A stretch of DNA of 64,000 nucleotides. It comes from Marsupella aquatica. Its lineage: Eukaryota > Plantae > Marchantiophyta. Under the pieces are notes generated by a model. That model did not search any database. It saw nothing but the letters and a program-made list of their open reading frames with translations, and had not been told where the DNA came from. The translations under genes were made by a program, and so were the position numbers. The stretch spans positions 3,122,844 to 3,186,843 of the forward strand of contig OZ316894.1 in the NCBI GenBank assembly GCA_973895155.1, in the 5' to 3' direction. This document shows positions 53,801 to 64,000 of the stretch, piece after piece; position 1 is the stretch's first letter, and each line of letters opens with the position of its first letter.

Positions 53801-56800
53801 ACCTCCAGCCTTCCGAGCAGAGCCTCCTGAAGCTACTTCATGGATCAAATATTGGAGGCATAGAAGCTGGACCACACACCAAGCCAAGTAAGAACCGAAG
53901 CGATCTTTCCATTGTGTCTGCTTTGGATAGGCTCTTATTGGAGACTAAGTCAAAAGTGACTCACAAAGACTTATTGGTAGCATAGGCATAAGAATTTAGG
54001 AAACCATTTAGGAAAGAAGATGAGTTCTAACAGTTATGAAAGAATATAGTTTGTACATGTGAAATATGTTAAGTTCTTTTCAAAGGAAATTCTGAATTAT
54101 GTAGACAAATTCTAAAATGGTCAGTTACACAAAAATTTCATTGAATCTAAAGCAAGTGTACTTTTAGTGTCACGATGTGACATTGAGGTTTTTCCCGTGA
54201 GCTTTGCACACTTTTGGTTTTAGCTTCCGTAAACTCAGCTTGGCTACTCCGGATCCAATACCTGAGCTGCTGATGGTGCTACTGAACGATGCTGAAACGC
54301 AATTGGGGTGTTGTCATCTTTGGCTTTCCTTGAAGACGCTTGATCAGGGCCTCCATTACCGTCATTCCCGATCCAATCGCCTGCTATTCTTCTCATCATT
54401 TCCATAAGCCTGCAGCCAGTTAGCAACTAATATCATATGCGGAATTTGTTTCCATCTTGGCACAAACTAACGAACTAATTCAATTTTGGACATTAGTCTA
54501 AATCCTTGGAATTATCCTGCCTAGCCTCAATTTCCATGAAGCAAGTTTTTTTCCATTCATCGGAATGCCAAATTCGAGTGAAATCTCAGATTTTGGATTC
54601 TGAAATGGAACAAAAAATCCAAGATTTCTAATAAGAAAAAATTGTTTCAGAACTTCATTACCGTGTTATCTCTTTCTTCTTCTTGAAGGTTGTGCGAAGC
54701 ATACTGTCAAGCTTGTTCTGAACGAAGTCCTGCACTTGTGCATGAACTGCCTCCCAAACTGTGTCTGCTAGTAGGGTCTCCATCCTCCCCATCATGCTGC
54801 CAACGCCCTTCACATACGATGTCATTTCCAGCAAAGCCTTCCTCTCTTGAGCGGTGTAATTACAACGCACGACCTGGATGTCCCACAGTATTAGAAATAG
54901 AAAAGAAATTCGTACCTTAAATAAGATTATGTGCATTTCATACTCACGAAAAACTTTAGGGGTTTTGGACCAATGAGACAATAAAGGAACCGATATATAG
55001 AACTGCCGAATTTTCCGTTCAATTTAAACAGAACTTAGGACTTGTTTGCAAATTGCAAAGTGCCTCTGGGCAGAGAAATCTACTATAAATCTGGATTCGA
55101 ATCTGTTTATCGCACTTCAAGCAACGGAATGGCAGGTTGTATCTCCAATACTGGCAGGGGTGACAGAGCTTGGCCAGACTGTGAGTGACTTACTCAACAC
55201 CCAAGGAGATTCTACATACAATTCCTCCAGTTTCCAAATCTTATAATTCTAAATGCCCTCGAATTCGGGGCCAACATCTACCATTTTCTGCTTAGAATTT
55301 TGACAAGTTAATAGCAATACCTTTTCATAATCGGTAAGAGGTGTCGTGTTGTCATAAGGCTGGGCATCCTTTGCTGGGCGAGCAAACTTCCATGCGCACT
55401 GCTCCCAAACTCGGCTGGTCCACTCACTAAGGAGCTGAAAACCTTCAAGGATCACAAGGTAGACATCCTCCTTCAATTGTACCTGAGCCGTATCATCCGG
55501 TTCTTTCGACAGCTTCACCAGTTGCAACTGGAAGCGTTTCAATATCAAAACCAACAGGCTACTTTTATTAGCGAAAACCTGTAGCAAAAACAAAACACCA
55601 CCTATGGAATGCTATTCAAGAGAAACCAGCATAATCATATTAACGACTGTTTTTATACTTCAAGTCCACCTGTCCCCAAAGAAGATCAGTAGATAGGAAC
55701 TAGTCGGACAATGCAAGTGTACCTGGTTCATTAGGCCAGCAAAACGAAGGCAGAAGTCATCATGTGCAGATCGGATACCAGGCATATGATTTATAATGAA
55801 GTATTCCTTCTGGTACGTGCTGAGAGTTAAGGTCAAACTTCATGTTTAGACACGTGACACCACAACTTTTCAGCCTTTCAAATTCCAATTCAAGCGGAAA
55901 TGCATTTTTAATAAAGAAAGAGAATGAGCTGTAATTCTTGAAAAAAACGGGGAAGGATATTCCATAGCTTCTCGAATGTTCAGCTCATGGGGCGCAGGCA
56001 GTGCAAGCAGTCGAGCTAGTAGATTAAACCTTCTGAAGAAAGGTGATAGTTCCTTTAGCATGCTGGCTGGTGCAATGTGGAGATCTGGAAATGCAGGCAC
56101 TACCGGGTCTCTCTGTTGATGATCAGGAACAATGGTATATGTCAGATAGCTTATCCAGGTATGAACGCCTTTGACATCATGATCATATTGTAATGGATTT
56201 GCTTAGCCTCTACCATCCATTTTGCAGTGAGTCTGTGATTAGAATCATGAGACATCGAGGACAATGCTTACTTTTAGAATTCTGATTACTCGATTAATCT
56301 TTAGTTTCTTGAAGACCATGTCGCCTTCTTTCACTGACGATGTTGCCAATAAAACTAGTACTGGTAGGACTCTCAGGAGGGCATGTCGTTGAGAGTAGAG
56401 TAGGATCCCAGCAGACTCGAGGGATTCAACGCAAAACAGTAGCAATATCTGAAGCAAGTCCTCAACACTGATAGTGTCAATCCTTGTCGTTAAGGACTAC
56501 TGCGTCAAAGCAGTGTCATTCCCAGATCTTCTATTATAAAGAACGAGAGCCAACCCCACCAGAATGTGTAACAGCCAAAAAATGAGGATACACGCTTGTT
56601 CGAAACAGCTCTGCTTGTAAATTCATCAAAATCATCCACCTTGTGCTGAGAAATATCTGTAAAACCAAGGAAAGTGATTTTAACAGGACTGCAACTAGGA
56701 AATGTGAAATAAGCTACAGTGCATGATTGGAATCATATTACCTAGTACTTACATCAAGTTTAAGGACTCATACAGGGTATTACGAGGATGTCGACGTCAA

Positions 56801-59520
56801 ATTGCAAGAATTGGAGTAATAATCTGTCTGCAGATAGTGGGAAGAATTTCAGCAATTATTTGGAGCAGTATGAAGGCAGAAAAGCCGAGGGATGAACAAG
56901 GAAATTGTCGAAGACAAGTGATGATGCAAGGACCAGTACAAAGGATACCTGTAGATCATCCAATTCTTCTCTCATGGAGTCGCTTTCTGCCCATTGAGTG
57001 CTGACCTGAGTAAAGGTTCTGCCTTGGAGAACAGCACAACAACTGTCAACTGCAATGAAGGTGACCGAAATCTTTTTGAGAAAATTGAGGTCTGAGAAGA
57101 AATTATGAGAGGACTAAACTCAAAGTCTCTGGTTTCTTATAAACATGCCTAATTAATCAATTTTATGGTGAACACCTCTGAATCCCTCGGTTCAAAGTAG
57201 CCTGTTGCCCTAGGAAGGCACCCAAAAACTCCGTGAAGCAGTGATCATAGGACAAGGCACTACCACCTATCATTCTAATATGTGGGAAACCAGAAGACCA
57301 ACCTTTTATACCACGAGAAATCATTGGGGATGCTAGCTTTTGCATTCTTAAGATGATCCAGCTGAAGCAGTATATCCAAAAGCTTCAACATAGCCCTAGG
57401 GGAAAATAACAGGCACGTCAACAAAGTGCGTAGATTCAAAGCCACCACGAAACAATTCTTGAATCAAACACACCATGCAGATAATTTTTGAAACGAAGTG
57501 CTTTACGTCAGAGTCGTCTCTGACGTTTTTCCGTGAATTGCAAAACTTGAAGAAGGATTACGGATATGGTGTAATACCACATGTGAGTCACAGTGGGGCC
57601 ATTGGGCTTCTTGTCAGCTTTTGAAAATCGTTGCATAGCAGCCGCAAGCTATCACACGGGATCATAAAGGTCAAATTAAAAACTCGAGACGAAATCGCTA
57701 ACCCTCTAGTCATTGAAATAATATTCTGGAGAATCTATCGATTGCATACTTTCATTTCAGAAATTGCTAGCTTTCGGGTCTCTAGCTAGTGCAACTACGT
57801 CACAAACAGAATGAACTAGTTGGAATCAAAATTTCAACAGAAATTCATACTTTACTTGCTGCCAACGTTTGCCACCGTTGTATCTGGCGTAGCCGCCCGA
57901 TCTCCAAGTCCAAGACTTGGTATGTCTCAAGGTATAAGTCTGCTTGGCTTTGCTTCATCGATTCTGGTAGCTGCTCTCCCACATAGAAGGCGAACAGGAG
58001 CTCGCCTCAGTTGTGCATGCACAGCAAAATCTTCTTCTACAGGGAAAACTGCGTCTAGTAAAGGTGAAACAAAGGCCGCTGACAGTGGAAAGTTGCTGAA
58101 TATTTCTCACAGTTTCACTTTCAACAATGGCCAATTTAACACTCAAAATGTCGACAAAAGTTTAGCACTCAAAATGAGTTCGACAAAAGTGAGTTTAAAA
58201 TTAACATGTACCTGAGGAAGGGCCTTCACACAGCTTCGATACGTATAGAGAATAGATACCATTTCCCGCCCTTCCGCTATTAAGACGTTCTGGAATGTAA
58301 AATCCACAGATTTCGGTCGACGACGAGATTTCCGGAACAAGGTTTGGAAAAATTCGAGTCAGTAAAACATGTACCAGCGTCAAGACCCATAAAACAGCCA
58401 ACTATCGGGGGGCACTTGATTATGATATTTCCACTCATCTATCACAGAGTGATCCTACTGATTCTATGATCGAAGAATACCAGTTGATTAATGGATTTGA
58501 TATCGTCCAGAAGTGAAAGCTGGTAGGCTGGTACATCCTCATACTCTGCAATGAACATGAGTGGCGCACAATTTCTCAGCACGATAGTCATCACTGTGAG
58601 TCTGTAAGATTAGCGAGAGGAGAAACTTCTTACCCCAGGAGAACCCGAATTAACTGGAACAGCTTCATTTTCCGTGGCACGGATTCAGTATTAAAAGCCA
58701 TCCCCTCAGCGCTAACACTAATATTAAATCGATCTCAGCATTGAACTTTCTCTGGGAATAGACATTAGAGAAGTTTGAGAACGGAGAGGTTTGTTACACC
58801 ATCGTACCAATGGGGCTATCTGCTGGCATCCACCCATAGAGTAGTGTCACCACAAGTCCTTGGATATCTGCTTGCTCATCCTGCAATCAAATGCCAATGT
58901 GAAATTTCGGATTCATATCTAGTTTCGCAATTTCCTTGAGAAGTAAATTCATTTCGGAGCCACCTGTTGCGAAACTCGTTGAGAGAGAGTAGAAAACTTG
59001 GAAACGTCTAAAATTTGTATATCACACGGAATTTAACTGGTCCGGTATTGGAGCTCGCGAGTGTAACAAGAAGGCATGCTTGCAAAACTATTGTTCATCC
59101 ATACAATCACGTTACTCTTTCGTACTAACATTGATAGCGGTTACTAATTCGTTTGATGTCGTTGTTCTGTAACTTTTAGTGATAGTTGGCTGAATTAAGT
59201 GTTTTCCAAGCTGAATTCACCACCGTAGCAAACACGAGGATGGCAATCCGTTTAAATTAGTTGAGCAGTACGGGCAGAATCATGAACGTATCGAAAAACA
59301 CTTCAGTGGTACGTCGACGGTACGTAATCAAGTTTTGCCAATGCACAGATATAACCAGGCTTTCAAACGCACCAAAAGTCTGTACTGCAAGAACTTGTGT
59401 GGGATTTGCAACAAACTTTCACGATAAGCAGGAAACGCCGTCGTTTCTTACCTCCAGAGAAAATGTGGAGAGGGCAGAGATCGCCTCCTCCACGGGAACA
59501 ATCATTCCTGGTGCAACCAT
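47865..59520 (-). CDS. PIR: PIROGI / SRA1 / CYFIP homologue, subunit of the SCAR/WAVE regulatory complex (many exons)
   Basis: N-terminus VPVEEAISALSTFSLEDEQADIQG. Internal motifs ILYTYRSCVKALPQ, LKNAKASIPNDFSWYKR, LWFREFYMETSKVIQFPIACSLPWML and GDAVAWGGCTIVYLL. C-terminus SAFDTLPAKGTLA*. Confidence 0.95.
55817..55960 (-). other. U12-type (minor spliceosome) AT-AC intron in PIR
   Basis: 5' site ATATCCTT, branch CCTTAAC close to the terminal AC. Splicing gives in-frame EAME-YQKEY. Confidence 0.88.
56468..56591 (-). other. U12-type GT-AG intron in PIR
   Basis: 5' site GTATCCTC and branch TCCTTAAC about 21 nt before the AG. Splicing gives in-frame LFRTSV-VEDLLQ. Confidence 0.8.
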
Positions 59521-62500
59521 CTCCCAGGGCTTCCAGTTGATGAATCTCCTGATTAATCCGGCATTGCTGGATCTACCACGACATTAGCTGCTATGAGATC
59601 ATTCTACAATGTGAGTGCGCCAGCATTGCCCAGCTCAAAGCGAGAATCCAAATCCAGCTGCAGTAGCTTCCGGACTGAACGCCGACGGCAGCTCGTCTCA
59701 GCTCATCATTCAGCTTCACCGCTCCTCCAGCTCCCGCTCCCAATAATCATCACCCCAGAGTCAAGACTAAACCAAATCTTATTGCTCAATCTGAACAAGA
59801 AAAATCCAGAAAACGGAGAACCCAGTACGTAGATTTCCGAAATTATCTGGACCAGGATCTAGCTAGCCTCTCCAGCTTGGCTTATTGCTACCTTCGATCT
59901 GCCCAAGCTTTAGACTCTCACTAATTTATTCAATCAGTGGACATACACGACTTCTTCATAAACAAAATTTGCCGCTCTCGATCCGATCGGCGACGAGGGA
60001 CAGACACACTGCACCGCCACCAGTGTCACGCAAAGATCGAGCGTTAAATCCACCTGCCTCACGAGCTCACTGCTCGATCAGCTCAAATCCAATGCCCTCA
60101 CCATTAACGATCTATTTGTCCCAATTACTCGACACATACGATCGCTTCTTTCAAAAATTTTGCAGTCTGTGTCCGATTAGATCGACGACCAGCTACACAG
60201 ACACGGCGCATCCATGAGTGTTACGCAAAGATTGAGCGTTAAATCCAGCTACTTGAAAAGCCACACTCATTCTCATTTCCTTCAATCAAGTCCCTCAATC
60301 TCCACGACCACTCTCTCACCGACTGTAGCAGTACCACTGTACCGGCCACTCCCATGCACGACTGGTACTCAATCACCACGGGTTAGTTACTGTGGGTTAG
60401 CCTTGGATCACTCGAGTTCTCTGAAACCTGCAGTTACGCAAGGGACGGCTGGTGCTCTAGACATATTCTCTGGAGACTCGGAGAGTTATGGAGCTTAGCT
60501 ACACCGCATGATTGCTACTTCCATAGTTATTGTTTTTTTAATCCCAGTTATCAGTGACTTGTGGACCAGGTTTTTTAATTTTTAGTCGCTGTATGTCAGC
60601 AGCTCTAAGGGAATATTTTGTCAATTTTTCCTTCATTATATCTTCATTGTCAGATATCCCTACATTTAAAGATAACCATTAGATTCTGGGTATAGCATGT
60701 TCGTTCTAAGACAGAGCTATTTTAACTTATTGATAATAATGTCAATTGTATACTATGTAAATATCAAATAGCAATTATAGCATAGTATTTAAATGCATTA
60801 AAACAGGGAATCAAATAAATAAATAGAATAAAAATGCACACCTTTAAAGTGAAGAAACTACCGTACTTTTTAGGTGAAAAACAAATACATAACTTATAAG
60901 TCAATGTACCTTAGAGGTATAGTATTTTGTGGTAGACAGAAAAGTATGTTAGCTTTATACTCTAGCTTAAGTTTGTACTCTACTTTTAGGCCCTATTGAA
61001 GGCCCTATTGAAGGCCCTATTTAGGTGACACCTGTTAGCCTCTAAACCATAAGGGTCGGAAAGTTTTTCACCAATGGACATATAACCTACAGGGCATCTC
61101 TGGTTTTTGTGCTGGGTGCATCCAGGTGAGTCTGACCATCTCGTGCAATAGAGGATGAATGGCAGAAAAAAAATCTCATCAAATACATGATAAGCTATCA
61201 CAATAAAACATATCAAATCAAATGAAATCATAAACTTGAAATAATTAAAGGGGTTAGATAATTTGTTAAATTCATACCAATACAAAGTGAAATGATACAC
61301 TAGGCCAGATTTAAAAGAAAATTCAGAACTCATATTTCTAATAAGACAAAATAAGGTAGAAGGTGTTCGCCATATAGCAATATAGCAATGTCGGAAAAAA
61401 TGGAGTCCATGATTAGGTGGGAAGTGGCACAAGAAAAATGTACAGTAGAGAATGTTAACCAGAAGTGGATAACAGTTTTGGGGGGAGGTGGAATTTGACT
61501 AAAATTGGCACTTAGAAAATACACTGTTGTGGACCCACCTATACTATTCAGATTCAGTGCGCAGAAGTTATTGTATATTTGTCACACTCGTGTCCAGCCT
61601 GCCCTACAGCCGCCAGTGTAGCCCCTCACTAATAAGTTATTTATTGCCCCCCCCCCGGACTATTTATGTCAGACGGGAAAGTAAAAAAAACTGAGGAGGA
61701 GGGAAAGAAAAAAAACTACTACGTGACCATTTCCCAAGTGAAACAATGGCTTGTAAGTATGATTGTGGGTTCGAGTGAAATTTTTCTTGGGGGACCTAAT
61801 TGCCTCAATTTCTCAGCTAAGTGAAGGAGGGCCATCCCCCAAGTGATACAATGGATTGTAAGTATTTTGGTAGATGGCTTGCAAGTATTGGGGTCGAGAG
61901 TATTTTTTCCAAAGTGTTGGGGGATCTACAGTAATTGCCTGATATCGATAAGTGCATTTAAGTCGATTTCTGATTTGCACCTTACCACTTTACCAGGACG
62001 GGCTGGACGCCGCTGCCCTTGCTAGTTAGTTAAATTCCTTTACTATAACTAAACTCTTAATTAAACAGCCGTGCGTGTTCATGCTGGCACTGTTTGCATC
62101 ACACAATTATACCCCACAATTACTCCACTCTGTTGTGGTCCCCACAGAACCCAGACCGTACGCTCTCTAGTCTCTAATCTGTATGGAGGCAAGTGTGATG
62201 GAGTGAAATACATCATTCCTCAAGGTTCCATGACTAGATTTTATGCTTTTTCTCTCATTGACCACCTTGAATGAATGACACATCGAAATAGAGTAATATA
62301 AGGTGTGTACTCATTAATATAAAAAAATAACTAAAGAAAATAACAAAAGATATCATGGTATACAATGATGTCATATATGTCATATTTTGGTGTGGAGTTA
62401 CCTGGACCCTTTGACAAACAGTCACCATATCATATACAATAGTCTAATGAGTACAGGACAATGAATTTACTTAGGATTTAGTGTTTGTTTTTCCCAAAAT

Positions 62501-63225
62501 TGCTTGCTTAGTACACCATAATTGGTACTATATTTGAATCATAGTTTGTCTATAATTAAACTTGATCATTTTAATTTGAGAAAGCCATCATATGACGGAT
62601 CTAGTTAGAGGCTTCTGTAAATCTGAAAATTCTTTAACCTTGATAATCCTAAGTTGAGAAAGCCAGCTTTCAACAGAAAATAACAGCAATTACAGTGGAT
62701 TTCATTGACTGCCATTTTGGGTTTGCAATTTCATGATGGAGAATAAATCCCATCTGTCAAGTCCTACTACTGTTGTGCTCACAGGATCTCTATTTATGCT
62801 CGGTGGTTGCTCAAGATATTGCTCATGATGCAAATGTGAATAATGTGTGTGGTAGGCTTTGAAATGTGTCTCCCACCCTATGCTCCAAAAAAATGTTATG
62901 CACAAACAAAACTACTATTTTCCTAATGCTACTTAATTCCTCGCTTAATTCACATACCATTATTGTTAGTCCATAACCAACATTGGTAACTTTAATTGAA
63001 GCCTGAAAAAAATAGAACTAGCAAACAATGACCTATTATCTTAAACAGTGTAGATTTCCATTTGGTCTTGGCTCTCACCCAATTGAGGAATGTGCCAGCT
63101 TTGTGGATTGTATTAACATACTTATATTACTCAGTGAGCTATTCTCCATTTGTTTGTTTGAATGGTAGGCTTTACAGGGCGTTTCTTTGTCCAGCTTCAA
63201 TAATTCAAAGAACAACTTGTTACTA

Positions 63226-63759
63226 ACCTATCCCCAAAACTGACTGTAATTATCAACCTGTCGCTCAAACTATTTTAATTTCTAAGTTGACCCCCTTTTT
63301 AAATATGGGTTACTCTATCGCCTGTACGTAACCCAAGGTCATTCCGTATTGGTTGCCTGCCATGGGACAGGGCACTATTGGCCACACCAAACCCCAGCCA
63401 GTTCTACCCTAACCTGGGCAGACTGACTCATTTGATGACAATTTAGGGAGTACTGGGCTGGCAAAGGGAAGGAAGGGGTGGCCCTCTTGTCAGGCCTGCC
63501 TTTGCGGGTAAATTGAGGCAGAGAAAAAGCCGGGGTTGCAGCTGCCTTAGCACTAAGCTAGGGAACCAGCCCAGGTCAGAATAGAACCTGCCAGGGTTCC
63601 GCATGGCAAATAGCACCTTGCTATGTGGCAAGGTACCAATGCAAAACAACCTCAGATTTTGTAGAATAACCAATATTTGAAAAGGGGGTCTCCTTAGGAA
63701 TTAAAATAGTTTGGGTTTTAAGTTGATAATTATTATTTCGGTCAGTTGGGGGATAGGTC
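63226..63759. mobile_element. Long-TIR non-autonomous element (MULE/foldback-like MITE)
   Basis: ~90-100-bp imperfect inverted arms (acctatcccc...aattatcaac...aaactattttaatt...gaccccctttt...aaatat versus the reverse complement of 63662-63759). TSD not resolved. Confidence 0.7.
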
Positions 63760-64000
63760 CTATACTTTGGCTATTTTTTTACGGCAGGCTTGCTTCAGTA
63801 TTAAGTTGCTACCTGGTCCCATGCATCTCAAGAGTCAAGTCTTTCTGGTCAATAGAATTGATCGGCAAGCTATGGTAGACTGTTACAGTAGAGCAACTTC
63901 CGACATGCATTCGTTTACTCTCGCGCACAGAGAATGCTCACACGATATATACCCAAATGGTCAAATGCTCCCATGCCAGGAGAGCGGACTGAGTCAGGAC

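Noticed and set aside
57548-57558. ATATCCG on the minus strand as a third U12 donor in PIR
   Set aside because: An ordinary TG|GTATTA...CCTAG intron gives the conserved THMW-AMLKLLD frame, and no U12 branch site is seen.
61019-61031. ATTTAGGTGACAC resembles the SP6 promoter (vector contamination)
   Set aside because: Only the first 13 of 18 nt match in a run, it overlaps a local 13-bp tandem repeat (aggccctattga), and no other vector sequence is nearby.

Overview
Eukaryotic nuclear DNA from a land plant. It looks bryophyte- or liverwort-like from gene density, intron style and TE content, but that is an inference. The left third (1-19 kb) is a nest of transposons. It holds an old degenerate Ty1/copia element (3032-9139, TSD TTATC, half-tRNA-Met-type PBS, fungal-looking protein motifs) carrying three nested insertions. 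It also holds a solo LTR and a very young Tork/Tnt1-like copia element (13423-18983, 403-bp LTRs with one difference seen, TSD AAATT) sitting inside a small Mutator-like MITE. A ~90-bp tandem array follows. After it come four intron-rich genes: DEP1 (methionine-salvage dehydratase/enolase-phosphatase, +), a CPYC glutaredoxin (-), plastid ribose-5-phosphate isomerase (-) and PIR/SRA1/CYFIP (-, two U12 introns). An LRR pseudogene, another solo LTR and further MITE-like repeats lie between and around them. The leads most worth checking are: an in-frame UGA plus 12-bp hairpin at the gag-pol junction of the young copia (possible programmed readthrough); a fungal-like copia; an in-frame transit-peptide-like upstream exon on DEP1 with a possible frameshifting cassette exon; and a U3/R-U5 mosaic LTR. 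All coordinates were read by eye and no database searches were run.
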